From Bradyrhizobiaceae bacterium (GTDB taxonomy: Bacteria > Pseudomonadota > Alphaproteobacteria > Rhizobiales > Beijerinckiaceae): 64,000 nucleotides of DNA. The notes under the pieces are model-generated. The model made no database searches. It was not told the origin of the DNA and was given only the letters and a program-made list of their open reading frames with translations. Position 1 is the first letter of the stretch. Each line of letters opens with the position of its first letter. The position numbers were made by a program, and so were the translations under genes. This document shows, one piece after another, positions 9,949 through 19,208 of the stretch. The stretch is taken from NCBI GenBank assembly GCA_036676315.1, contig JAKFDB010000067.1, positions 2,180 to 66,179 of the forward strand, written 5' to 3'.

Positions 9949-10053
9949 GTCATCCCGGCCGAAGCGAAGCGCAGAGCCGGGATCCATGCCCGAACCTCTC
10001 CGACCAAGGCTCAGGCATGGATCCCGGGCCTCCCTGCGGTCGCCCGGGATGAC
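9949..10053. repeat. Palindromic intergenic repeat (GTCA/CGTC-tagged REP-like), subfamily A
   Basis: GTCATCCCGG...CCGGGATGAC terminal inverted repeat with inner GGATCCATGCC/GGCATGGATCC; closely similar to 49775-49879. Confidence 0.85.
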
Positions 10054-10091
10054 ACGCGTTCCATGAACTCCTTGAGAGAGTCCCTAGGAGC

Positions 10092-10652
10092 TCAACGCCG
10101 CGCCACCACCACGAGATAGCGTGCCGACTCCGTACCCGGATTGCTGAAGCGGCAATCGCTCGGCGGACCGAGCTCCATGCAATCACCCGGTCCGAGCCGC
10201 GTGACGATGCCACCTTCGTCGAAGTCGAGCAGGCCCGACTGCATCCAGATCTGCTGGCGGATGAAGGCGTAGGAACTGGCGGGATAGCCGATCGCCGCGC
10301 CGGGCGGGAGTTCGCCGGCGACGAGCTCGAGGTCGCCATTGCCGGCCGGCGAAATCGCACGCCGGACAAAGCCGGTCTCGGGATCGCGCCAGGCAGGCTG
10401 GTCGGCGGCACGCCGGAGGCGCTCGCCGGTGCTCTCGATGCGGGCGAGCAGGTTGGATAGCGTCAGGCCGAAGGCACCGGAGAGGCGGCCGAGCAGCACC
10501 GCCGTCGGGCTGGCCTCGCCGCGCTCGATCCGGCTGATCATGGCGCGCGACACGCCCGAGCGCTCGGCGAGATCGTTCAGGCTCCAGCCGCGCGCCTCGC
10601 GCTCGCCGCGCAGCCGTTCCGCCATTCTTGACGCGAGATCGTCCACCATCAT
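10092..10652 (-). CDS. XRE-family HTH transcriptional regulator with cupin domain
   Basis: GWSLNDLAERSGVSRAMISRIERGEASPT followed by a cupin-like C-terminus. Confidence 0.9.
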   Translation of the reverse strand: MMVDDLASRMAERLRGEREARGWSLNDLAERSGVSRAMISRIERGEASPTAVLLGRLSGAFGLTLSNLLARIESTGERLRRAADQPAWRDPETGFVRRAISPAGNGDLELVAGELPPGAAIGYPASSYAFIRQQIWMQSGLLDFDEGGIVTRLGPGDCMELGPPSDCRFSNPGTESARYLVVVARR

Positions 10653-10769
10653 AGCGTCGATTCTCTTATCGTAGAAATCCGCCGCCGCCAACCGGCCCTG
10701 CGCGCTGGCCATGCCGGCATGCCGCGCCTGCTATGGCGGCCCTTGCCTGCTTCACCTAAGCCCCGCTTC

Positions 10770-11657
10770 ATGTCGCGCAACGCCATCCTCTTCGCCCTGA
10801 TGTGCCTCGTCTGGGGCCTGACATGGTTGCCGGTCAAGGTCGGCTCCAGCCATGTGCCACCGGTCTTCCTGGCGGCCTGCCGTTTCACCATCGCCGGTGT
10901 GTTGATGCTCGCCTGGGCGCGGCGCGACCTGCTGAAGGTACCTGCGGATGCATGGCCGCGCCTGATCGTGACCGCGCTGCTGCTCAACACCGGAAACTAT
11001 GCCCTGCTGTTCTGGGGCGCCGCGCAGGCGCCGAGCGGTCTTGCGGCGATCGTCAACTTCGCCACCATCCCGATCTTCACGATCGTCGCCAGCCGAATGA
11101 TCGAAGGGCATCACGTCGGCGCCCGCAAGCTGGCCGCCATCGGCCTCGGCACCCTGGGGCTCGGCTTCCTGTTCGCGACGCGTGCTCTCGGCGGGCTGCA
11201 GGCGGCAAGCGGCAATCCGCTGGAGATCTGGGGCCTGGCGGCGATCGCGCTGGGAACCTTGCTGTACTGCTTCGGCGCGGTGCTCGCGCGGCCGATCACC
11301 AGCCGCATGCCGACGCTTGCGCTCGCCGGCTGGCAGACGCTGATCGGCGGGCTCGGACTCAGCATCGTTTCGGCCAGCTTCGAGACCGTGACGGCCGAGC
11401 ATGTCCGGGCGCTCGGCATGTGGCCGACCCTGCCATCGCTTCTCTTCCTGATCGTCGGCGGCTCGCTGATCGGCTTCACCGTCTACATGCGGCTGGTGCG
11501 CGACTGGGGCGCCTTCCGGGCGGGGCTCTACGCCTTCATCAGCCCGGCGGTCGCAGTGGCGGCCGGCGTCTTCGTGCTGTCGGAGCCATTCGGCTGGCGC
11601 GAGGCGGTCGGCAGCCTATTGATGTTCGGCGCGGCCGCGATCGCCCTCAAGCGCTAG
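10770..11657 (+). CDS. EamA/DMT family transporter
   Basis: LMCLVWGLTW start, 10 TM segments in two EamA repeats; divergent from the XRE regulator. Confidence 0.9.
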   Translation: MSRNAILFALMCLVWGLTWLPVKVGSSHVPPVFLAACRFTIAGVLMLAWARRDLLKVPADAWPRLIVTALLLNTGNYALLFWGAAQAPSGLAAIVNFATIPIFTIVASRMIEGHHVGARKLAAIGLGTLGLGFLFATRALGGLQAASGNPLEIWGLAAIALGTLLYCFGAVLARPITSRMPTLALAGWQTLIGGLGLSIVSASFETVTAEHVRALGMWPTLPSLLFLIVGGSLIGFTVYMRLVRDWGAFRAGLYAFISPAVAVAAGVFVLSEPFGWREAVGSLLMFGAAAIALKR

Positions 11658-12728
11658 CGCCTCCGCCTTGGCGGCTGCTTGTGCCTGCGCCTTTATCTGG
11701 ATTTCATGCGCCAGCGCCTTGCGTAATTGCGCCCGCTCGAAGGCAAGCACGATCGGCAGCGAGAGCACCAGCGGCAGGATGAGATAGAACAGGCGCCAGA
11801 TCAGCAGCGCCGCGAACACGGCCGGGGCCGGCACGCCGGGCATGACGGCGAGGAACACCGCCTCCATCACTCCGACGCCGCCCGGAACTTGGCTGAGCAG
11901 GCCGGCCGAGAACGAGATCAGGAAGGCGCCGAGCACGATGAAGAAGCCGGGATTTCCCTGGTCCGGCAGGGCGAAATAAATGATGCCGGCGGCGCCCATC
12001 AGCTCCAGCGGCGCGGCGAGATACTGCCGTGCGACGATCGGCAGGCGCGGATAGACCAGCTCGAACTTGCCGATCTTCAGCGGCTTGAAGCGCAGCCAGG
12101 AGCCGATCGTGTAGAGCACGCAGAAGGCGAGCAGGCCGAAGCCGATCAGGCGGGCCTGCGAGTCGCCGATGCCGAACCATTGCGAGAGCCGGTGCAGTGG
12201 CCGCAGGATCTGCGGCTCACCGATGAGGACGAGGCCGAGCAGCAGGATCGTGCCGAAGGCGAAGGTGAACGAGCACAGGGCGACGAGCACAGCGATCTCG
12301 GCCCCGGTCAGCCCCTTCGCGTGATAGGCGCGGTAGCGCACCATGCCGCCGGAGAAGACCGAGGCGCCGATGTTGTGGGAGAGCGCGTAGGTGACGAAGG
12401 AGCAGAGCGAGATGTAGGGCCAGGAAATGCCCTTCTCCTTGCCGAGATGGAGCAGGGCGATGCGGTCGTACCAGGCGAGCGCGGCATAGGCGACGAGCGT
12501 CGCCAGGCCGGCATGGAAGAAGGCGGCGGGCGAGATCAGCGCGATCTTTTCGCCGATGCCGCCGGCGACGATGGCGATGCTGTCCCATAGCCCGGCATGC
12601 TCGAGGCGCGCATTCATCGCCTCGTTGGTAAGCGCCTCGGCCTTGAGCTTGTCCCAGAGCAGGTCGATCGACCAGATGACAGCGACGAGGCCGATCAGCG
12701 GCCAGAGGTAGTCGAGATACTTCTTCAT
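11616..12728 (-). CDS. UPF0104/YbhN-like (lysylphosphatidylglycerol synthase TM domain) membrane protein
   Basis: YALSHNIGASVFSGGMVRYRAY, SQVPGGVGVMEAVF and ALLIWRLFYLILP motifs. Confidence 0.85.
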   Translation of the reverse strand: MKKYLDYLWPLIGLVAVIWSIDLLWDKLKAEALTNEAMNARLEHAGLWDSIAIVAGGIGEKIALISPAAFFHAGLATLVAYAALAWYDRIALLHLGKEKGISWPYISLCSFVTYALSHNIGASVFSGGMVRYRAYHAKGLTGAEIAVLVALCSFTFAFGTILLLGLVLIGEPQILRPLHRLSQWFGIGDSQARLIGFGLLAFCVLYTIGSWLRFKPLKIGKFELVYPRLPIVARQYLAAPLELMGAAGIIYFALPDQGNPGFFIVLGAFLISFSAGLLSQVPGGVGVMEAVFLAVMPGVPAPAVFAALLIWRLFYLILPLVLSLPIVLAFERAQLRKALAHEIQIKAQAQAAAKAEALALEGDRGRAEHQ

Positions 12729-12911
12729 GAAACCCGCAGGCGGCCGGACGGCGACGGAGGTGGCAGGAGAGGGACGAAGCTATGCGCAATCTGCAGCCTG
12801 CGCATGCGAAAACCGCGCGGGTCGCGTCCGCTTCTCTCTGCCAGCGGGCGGCGGCGAGGGCAAGCAGCCCGACAGGATTTAGCTCTCCCCGGGCGGCCTG
12901 CAGTAAGCTTC

Positions 12912-13286
12912 TCAGTGGCCGTTCTTCTTCAGCCAGGCGCGCATGACCGCGATCTCCTTCTCCTGCTCGGCGATGATGCCGTTCGCCAGCTTGCGCAGTT
13001 CCGGGTCCTTGCCATGGGCGAGCACGACCTTCGCCATATCGATCGCGCCCTGGTGGTGCGGGATCATGCCGCGAACGAAATCGGCGTCCGCATCGCCGGT
13101 GAAGGTGATCGTCATGTCCTTGTGCATCTTGTCGTTGGCAGCCTTGTAGGCGGCGGTCGCCGCGCTGTCGGAGGCGGCGCTGCCATGGCCGGCATGACCC
13201 TGATGGCCCTGGGCGAAGGTCTGGCCGGAGAGGGCGAGCGCACCGGAAAATGCGAGGCCGGCCAGAATCCTGCGGTTGCTGATCAT
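12912..13286 (-). CDS. DUF305/CopM-like periplasmic metal-binding protein
   Basis: Signal peptide, His-rich N-terminus, MIPHHQGAIDMA and IIAEQEKEI. Confidence 0.85.
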   Translation of the reverse strand: MISNRRILAGLAFSGALALSGQTFAQGHQGHAGHGSAASDSAATAAYKAANDKMHKDMTITFTGDADADFVRGMIPHHQGAIDMAKVVLAHGKDPELRKLANGIIAEQEKEIAVMRAWLKKNGH

Positions 13287-13454
13287 CGGGGAAGTCCTTT
13301 CGAGAAACGGGCTTGGCGACCCGTCGGGCCGGGTCGGCGGCGCTGGCCGCCATAGGACGCGGCCTGCTCCAGTTGGGCCGGGATCATGTCATGATCGCGG
13401 CGAATCGAGACCGAGCCTGGACCCGTCGGTCCGGCGAGCCGCCAGCGGAGCCCC

Positions 13455-14069
13455 ATGTCCGAGACTTTCAGCATCAGCCTGCACGGCACCACCGACCTGC
13501 CGCCGGGCAAGGTCGCCGCCATCGTCACTTCGCTCGAAATGCTGTCCGCCCCGCCGCTGCGGCCGGATCCGCCCGGAACCGACGGGCTGACGCTGGAGCC
13601 GATCGGAGCACCGGACACGGCACGCTATCTGGCGATCTACCGGGTGCTCGGCGAGCGCTGGATGTGGTTCAGCCGCCTCGTCAAGCCGGCGGCCCATAGC
13701 GAGGCGATCCTCGGCGACCCGGCAGTACAATGCTTCGCCGTGCGGTGGCAGGGGCGCGATGTCGGCCTGCTCGAGCTTGATTTCCGGGTGGCGGGGGAGG
13801 GCGAGCTCGCCTTTTTCGGCCTCGAGGAGAGCGTCTTGGGCAAGGGCGCCGGGCGCTGGCTGATGAACCGGGCGCTGGAGCTGGCCTGGGCGCAGCCGAT
13901 CGGGCGCTTCTGGGTGCATACCTGCACGCTCGACCACCAGGGCGCGCCGGAATTCTACCAGCGCTCAGGCTTCACGGCGTTCAAGCGCAGCATCGAGGTG
14001 GTCGACGACCCCAGGCTCGCGGGGCATATGCCCCGCGCCGCCGTGCCGCATCATCCGGTGATCGAATGA
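13455..14069 (+). CDS. GNAT family N-acetyltransferase
   Basis: FFGL...GKGAGRWLM acetyl-CoA motif and WVHTCTLDH...FYQRSGF. Confidence 0.85.
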   Translation: MSETFSISLHGTTDLPPGKVAAIVTSLEMLSAPPLRPDPPGTDGLTLEPIGAPDTARYLAIYRVLGERWMWFSRLVKPAAHSEAILGDPAVQCFAVRWQGRDVGLLELDFRVAGEGELAFFGLEESVLGKGAGRWLMNRALELAWAQPIGRFWVHTCTLDHQGAPEFYQRSGFTAFKRSIEVVDDPRLAGHMPRAAVPHHPVIE

Positions 14070-14082
14070 TGCGGGCGGGCGT

Positions 14083-14496
14083 TCAGAAGCCGGGGCGGGG
14101 CGAGCGCAGGCCGATCGAATCCATCATCGCCTGATCGCGGGCGGCGTCGGCCGCGCGCTCCGAGGCGCGCTCGCGGTCCTCGAGAATCTCGACCTTCTTC
14201 ATTTCCTCGAAGGCTTCCTGCAGCTCGCCCTTGGCCTCCTCGAGCTGCCCCTGCAGGTTGTCGGCCGACTGGCGCAGATTGTCCCGGCGGCCGAGCGCGG
14301 CCTTGGCATAGGTCGGATAGGCGAAATGGGCGGGGTCGGAGATGCCGGCGCGGGTCTCCTCGTTCTGGATCTCGCGATCCAAATCCCCCGCCATGCGGTG
14401 AAACTCGGCGATCATCATCTCGATCTGGCTCACGCGGCGACGCTTCTCGTCCACCTGGAACCGTTTGAGACGTAAAAGGGTCTCTCGCGACTTCAT
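14083..14496 (-). CDS. fliJ: Flagellar export chaperone FliJ
   Basis: MKSRETLLRLKRFQVDEKRR...HFAYPTYAKAA, the alphaproteobacterial FliJ signature. Confidence 0.9.
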   Translation of the reverse strand: MKSRETLLRLKRFQVDEKRRRVSQIEMMIAEFHRMAGDLDREIQNEETRAGISDPAHFAYPTYAKAALGRRDNLRQSADNLQGQLEEAKGELQEAFEEMKKVEILEDRERASERAADAARDQAMMDSIGLRSPRPGF

Positions 14497-14595
14497 GTCG
14501 GTTCTAACTCCTGATTACGCATGGTGTCGCACCGACCCCTCGGCGCGGCACCCGAACGACTTCCGCGAGACGAAAAGGACAATGGCGCAAGGAGG

Positions 14596-14610
14596 TTGAC
14601 CGTTCCTTAC
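14596..14610 (-). promoter_or_regulatory. CtrA-like box upstream of fliJ
   Basis: Minus strand GTAA-GGAACGG-TCAACC, two mismatches to consensus, about 100 nt upstream of fliJ. Confidence 0.45.
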
Positions 14611-14731
14611 CGGCAATGACCGCATTTGATGCATGTTGCATCTGCGCCGCGGAGCCTGTCGGCGGGGCGCTGCCTCGACTAATCTCGGCGGAATCAAGAA
14701 CCAGCACAACACGTGCTGCCGGACGTTCGCC

Positions 14732-15934
14732 TTGCCTGGCTTTTCCCGCCTTCCCCAACATGGACCGCTGCTCGCTGGTCTCGCCCTCACCCGCATCATC
14801 GGCTGGGGCTCGATCTACTATGCGCCCTCGGTGCTGGCCGCCTATCTCGACAGAGAACTCGGCCTCGGCCCGGCCGTCGTCTTCAGCGGCGTGACCATCC
14901 TGCTGATCACCGGCGCTGCGCTTTCGCCGGCGCTCGGGCGCCATCTCGATCAGCGCGGCACGCGGCAGGCGATGTGCATCGGCGCAGTGATCGCCGCCAT
15001 CGGGCTCGCGCTGCTCTCCCAGGCCCAGGGACCGGTGAGCTATCTTGCGACCTGGTTCGTCATCGGCATCGGCCATGCGATGCAGCTCGCCAACACCGGC
15101 AATGTCACTGTCGCGCAATTGATGGGTGAGCGCACGCGCCGGGTCATCGGGCTGATGATGCTGGTGACCGGGCTCGCCTCCAGCGTGTTCTGGCCACTCA
15201 CCGCGGCGCTTTCCGCTGCCTATGGCTGGCGTGCCTGCCTGCTGATCTTCGCCGCGATCCAGCTGTTCGTCGTCCTGCCGATCCACCTCGCCATCCCGCG
15301 CTATCGGACGAAACCTGCCGCCGAAACGGCGGAGGCTGGTCGGCTGCCGGAAGATGAGGGCAGGGTGCCGGCGGCCGAGCGGCGCGTCACCTTCTGGCTG
15401 ATGGCGCTCAGCTTCTCCGCCAGCGGCCTGGTGTCCTGGGGCCTGCCGCTGCACGTGATCGGCCTGATGCAGAGTGCCGGCCTCAGCAATGCCACGGCGG
15501 TCGCGATCGCCACGCTCAGCGGCCCGGCGACGCTGGTCGCCCGGGCGGTCGACACGCTCGCGGGCGACAGGCTGCCGGTGGAGCGCGTCGCGCTGGCAGG
15601 GCTTGCGCTCGGGCCGGCCTCCTGCCTGCTGATGGCGTTCGCACCCGGCTCTGCCGCGATCGCGACCAGCTTCGTCCTGCTTTTCAGCGCCGCGATGGGG
15701 GTGATCGCGGTCGCACGCGCGACCCTGCCGCTGGCGCTGTTCGGCCGGCGCGGCTTCGGCAGCATGCTCGGACGGCTGGCGGTTCCGCAGAACCTGACCT
15801 TCGCCGCGGCGCCGGTGCTGTTTGCGCTGATGATCGAGCGGATCGGCCCGTCCGGAACCCTCTACATCTCCGCTGCTATCCAGTTTGCGGCGCTGCTGAC
15901 GATGTTCGCTCTGGTGCGTCGGCTCAGGGCCTGA
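14732..15934 (+). CDS. MFS transporter (YbfB/ArsK-like subfamily); start uncertain (TTG 14732 or ATG 14633)
   Basis: TRIIGWGSIYYAPSVL, ASSVFWPL and GWRACLLIFA; about 12 TM segments. Confidence 0.82.
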   Translation: MPGFSRLPQHGPLLAGLALTRIIGWGSIYYAPSVLAAYLDRELGLGPAVVFSGVTILLITGAALSPALGRHLDQRGTRQAMCIGAVIAAIGLALLSQAQGPVSYLATWFVIGIGHAMQLANTGNVTVAQLMGERTRRVIGLMMLVTGLASSVFWPLTAALSAAYGWRACLLIFAAIQLFVVLPIHLAIPRYRTKPAAETAEAGRLPEDEGRVPAAERRVTFWLMALSFSASGLVSWGLPLHVIGLMQSAGLSNATAVAIATLSGPATLVARAVDTLAGDRLPVERVALAGLALGPASCLLMAFAPGSAAIATSFVLLFSAAMGVIAVARATLPLALFGRRGFGSMLGRLAVPQNLTFAAAPVLFALMIERIGPSGTLYISAAIQFAALLTMFALVRRLRA

Positions 15935-16083
15935 ACCTGCCGGGCGCAAATGTCGCGGCCCGTGCCTTGAGTACGCCGTGTTAGCGCGGGAACGGTCTCA
16001 TACCGCAGTTCTTTCCCTCCCGAGACGATCGTGCCATCGCGGTGGCGATGTGCGCGGGCCCAATGTGAGAATCGCCCAGACCA

Positions 16084-16671
16084 ATGCCGTTTCCGCTTCT
16101 TTCCCGCCGCCTGGCCCTGCAGACCTTGCTCGGCGGGCTCGCCGTCTCGGCTCGCGCCGGGGAACGTCCGCCGGTTTTCCGCACCTCCCGCTATCAATTC
16201 AGAGAGCTCGACCCGGTCGTCGCCATGACGCCGCTGGCGCTGTCACGGCTCGACGGCAAGCCGGCATTGGCAAGACCGCCGGCCGGCAAGGTCACGCTGG
16301 TCTATCTGTGGGCGACCTGGTGCCCGGTGTGCCGGATCGAATTGCCGCGCTTCGAGCGTCAGCTCGCCGAGTTCAGGCGCAACGGCATCGAATTGCTGAC
16401 GATCGCCACCGATGAGCGCGAACCGGCGCATGTTCGGGCCTATCTTGCCCGGCTCGGCGTGAAGCAGCTCCCGGTCTTCCTCGATCGCGGCGGGGTGCGG
16501 CTCTCGGCGCGGCGCGAGGATGGCAGCGAGTCCCCATTCTCGCTCGCCGAGGGGCAGCCGATCACCTATGCGGTCGATGCACGGGGCGGGGTGCGCGGAT
16601 ATCTTCTCGGAGAGGCCGACTGGACCTCGCCGCAGGCGCAAGCCTTGCTGGCCCATTTCGCCAGGGCCTGA
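16084..16671 (+). CDS. TlpA-like thioredoxin/disulfide reductase with Tat-like signal
   Basis: YLWATWCPVC active site; SRRLAL at the N-terminus. Confidence 0.85.
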   Translation: MPFPLLSRRLALQTLLGGLAVSARAGERPPVFRTSRYQFRELDPVVAMTPLALSRLDGKPALARPPAGKVTLVYLWATWCPVCRIELPRFERQLAEFRRNGIELLTIATDEREPAHVRAYLARLGVKQLPVFLDRGGVRLSARREDGSESPFSLAEGQPITYAVDARGGVRGYLLGEADWTSPQAQALLAHFARA

Positions 16672-16683
16672 AGGCCCCGGCGC

Positions 16684-18024
16684 TCACATCGACATGATGC
16701 GCGCCAGCCTGGCATAGCCCTCGTCCAGGCCCGTCGCCTCGTCCTTGGCCTGCTTCAGGAAGGCCTCGAGCTCCGGATTGAGCCGGATCGCCTCGTCGAC
16801 TTCGGCGGAGGCGCCCTGGCGGTAGGCGCCGAGGCGAATCAGTTCCTCCATGTCGGCATAGGTGGCGAGCGTGGCGCGCGCCTTCTGCACGACCGGGTAA
16901 TAGCCCGGGTCGCAGGAGCGCGGCATGGTGCGCGAGACCGATTTCAGCACGTTCACGGCGGGATAGCGCCCGCGCTCGGCGATGCCGCGTTCCATCACGA
17001 TATGGCCGTCCAGGATGCCGCGCACCGCGTCCGCGACCGGCTCGTCATGGTCGCCGCCATCGACCAGCACGGTGAACAGGCCGGTGATGGCGCCGTCGCC
17101 GGTGCCCGGCCCGGCACGCTCCAGCAGGCGCGGCAATTCGGCGAAGACGGTTGGAGTGTAGCCTTTGGTGGTCGGCGGCTCGCCGGCGGCCAGCCCGATC
17201 TCGCGCATCGCCATGGCAAAGCGCGTCACCGAGTCCATCAGGCACATCACCTGCAGGCCCTGGTCGCGGAAGAACTCGGCGAGCGCCAGGGTCGTCAACG
17301 CCGCCTGCTTGCGCATCAGGGCGGGCTCGTCCGAGGTCGCGACGACGACGACGGAGCGGGCGAGCCCTTCCGGCCCGAGATCGTCCTGCAGGAACTCCTG
17401 GACCTCGCGACCGCGCTCGCCGACCAGGCCGATGATGTTGACGTCGGCCCTGGCATAGCGCGCGAGCATCGAGAGCAGGACCGATTTGCCGACGCCTGAG
17501 CCGGCGAAGATGCCCATGCGCTGGCCAAGGCAGCAGGTCAGGAAGGTGTTCAGCGCCCGCACGCCGAGATCGAGCGGCGGCCCGACGCGCCGCCTGGCAT
17601 GCGCCGGAGGCGGGTCGTTGCGGAACGGAATGGTGCGCTCGCCGAGCGGCAGGGCCGGGCCGCCATCGACCGGGCGGCCGAGCGCATCGACGACGCGGCC
17701 GAGCCAGGCGGTCGTGGGACGCAGGCCCGGCACGGTGCGCTCGACATAGGCCGGGCAGCCGCGCCTGACGCCGTCGAGCCCGCCATAGGGCATGACCAGC
17801 GCCTTCTCGCCGGAAAAGCCGATGACCTCGCAAGGTATCCGGGTGCCGGCTGCGATCTCGATCCCAACCCGTCCGCCCAGGCTCATCGCCGAGATCGGTC
17901 CCGACACCTCGACCATCAGCCCGCGGACCGCGGTGACCCGGCCATAGACGGTTGTCTCCTCGATGCCGCCGATGAGGGCGGTGAGGTGGGACAGCCGGTC
18001 CGGATCGCGCTGTGCGCCGCTCAT
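16684..18024 (-). CDS. fliI: Flagellar export ATPase FliI
   Basis: [31 protein letters not shown] and [22 protein letters not shown]. Confidence 0.97.
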   Translation of the reverse strand: MSGAQRDPDRLSHLTALIGGIEETTVYGRVTAVRGLMVEVSGPISAMSLGGRVGIEIAAGTRIPCEVIGFSGEKALVMPYGGLDGVRRGCPAYVERTVPGLRPTTAWLGRVVDALGRPVDGGPALPLGERTIPFRNDPPPAHARRRVGPPLDLGVRALNTFLTCCLGQRMGIFAGSGVGKSVLLSMLARYARADVNIIGLVGERGREVQEFLQDDLGPEGLARSVVVVATSDEPALMRKQAALTTLALAEFFRDQGLQVMCLMDSVTRFAMAMREIGLAAGEPPTTKGYTPTVFAELPRLLERAGPGTGDGAITGLFTVLVDGGDHDEPVADAVRGILDGHIVMERGIAERGRYPAVNVLKSVSRTMPRSCDPGYYPVVQKARATLATYADMEELIRLGAYRQGASAEVDEAIRLNPELEAFLKQAKDEATGLDEGYARLARIMSM

Positions 18025-18177
18025 AATGCCTCCCGTAAACCTTTCATTTACCTCTGTGATTAACACTGCGTATCGAAGTTATGCCGAGGGGAAGGGCCGT
18101 TTTGACGGAATTCCTCGGAGCGAACTTCCGCGAAGGGCGTTTTCGCGGCTGAAGCCAGACCGATCCGTGTCAAATTC

Positions 18178-18328
18178 GACTCACCTCGACAAGGATCGTT
18201 AGCTTTTACCGAAGAAGCGCTTGCGCCAGGGAATCAGGGTTTGTTAACCATTTCCCCGTAGCGTGTCGCGTGGCGTTTCATCAGGCAAGCTTTCGCCGTC
18301 CAGGGCCGTGGGGGTTCGGGGCGGAGTC
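18178..18328 (+). promoter_or_regulatory. ctrA promoter region with three GANTC (CcrM) sites and a CtrA half/near site
   Basis: GACTC 18178, GAATC 18231, GAGTC 18324; ATCA-N7-TTAACC at 18233-18249 overlaps the middle GANTC. Confidence 0.6.
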
Positions 18329-18368
18329 AATCGGATCGCTGGCCTCGGGGCGAAATTGGGGACGTGAC

Positions 18369-19070
18369 ATGCGGGTTCTGCTGATCGAAGACGATAGCGC
18401 AACCGCCCAAAGCATCGAGCTGATGCTGAAGTCAGAGAGCTTCAACGTCTACACGACGGACCTGGGCGAAGAGGGCGTCGATCTCGGCAAGCTCTACGAT
18501 TACGACATCATCCTGCTGGACCTCAACCTGCCCGACATGTCGGGCTACGAGGTGCTGCGCTCCTTGCGCGTCGCCAAGGTCAAGACCCCGATCCTGATCC
18601 TCTCGGGCCTTGCCGGCATCGAGGACAAGGTCAAGGGCCTCGGCTTCGGGGCCGATGACTACCTGACCAAGCCGTTCCACAAGGACGAGCTGGTTGCGCG
18701 CATCCACGCCATCGTCCGCCGCTCGAAGGGCCACGCCCAGTCGGTGATCACGACCGGCGACCTTATCGTCAACCTCGACACCAAGACCGTCGAAGTGGAT
18801 GCAGCCCGGGTGCACCTGACCGGCAAGGAATACCAGATGCTGGAGCTGCTCTCGCTCCGCAAGGGCACGACGCTCACCAAGGAGATGTTCCTCAACCATC
18901 TCTATGGCGGCATGGACGAGCCCGAGCTCAAGATCATCGACGTCTTCATCTGCAAGCTGCGCAAGAAGCTGGCGAATGCCTCCGACGGCAAGAACTACAT
19001 CGAGACGGTGTGGGGCCGTGGCTATGTCCTGCGCGAGCCGTCCGAAGTCGAGGAACGCATCCCGGCCTGA
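18369..19070 (+). CDS. ctrA: Cell cycle master regulator CtrA
   Basis: [20 protein letters not shown]...[12 protein letters not shown], the canonical CtrA sequence. Confidence 0.99.
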   Translation: MRVLLIEDDSATAQSIELMLKSESFNVYTTDLGEEGVDLGKLYDYDIILLDLNLPDMSGYEVLRSLRVAKVKTPILILSGLAGIEDKVKGLGFGADDYLTKPFHKDELVARIHAIVRRSKGHAQSVITTGDLIVNLDTKTVEVDAARVHLTGKEYQMLELLSLRKGTTLTKEMFLNHLYGGMDEPELKIIDVFICKLRKKLANASDGKNYIETVWGRGYVLREPSEVEERIPA

Positions 19071-19150
19071 GTTTCGTCATCAGCGCGTCATCGCCGGCGC
19101 GCTACCAGTAAGTCGCCTGATCGTCGGATGTACACGACAGGTGCACGGGG

Positions 19151-19178
19151 ACCCCGCCGAGAGGCGGGGTTTTTGTTT
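19151..19178 (+). terminator. Rho-independent terminator after ctrA
   Basis: ACCCCGCC-gaga-GGCGGGGT followed by TTTTGTTT. Confidence 0.85.
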
Positions 19179-19208
19179 GGCGCCCTCTCGGATTGGGTGC
19201 GGGGCGGC

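Noticed and set aside
14732-15934. arsK arsenic-efflux call
   Set aside because: Only subfamily-level similarity; no ars regulator or reductase nearby.
1-18024. Sigma54 (-24/-12) promoters as FlbD targets
   Set aside because: I found no TGGCAC-N5-TTGC in intergenic regions; the flagellar genes here are class II.
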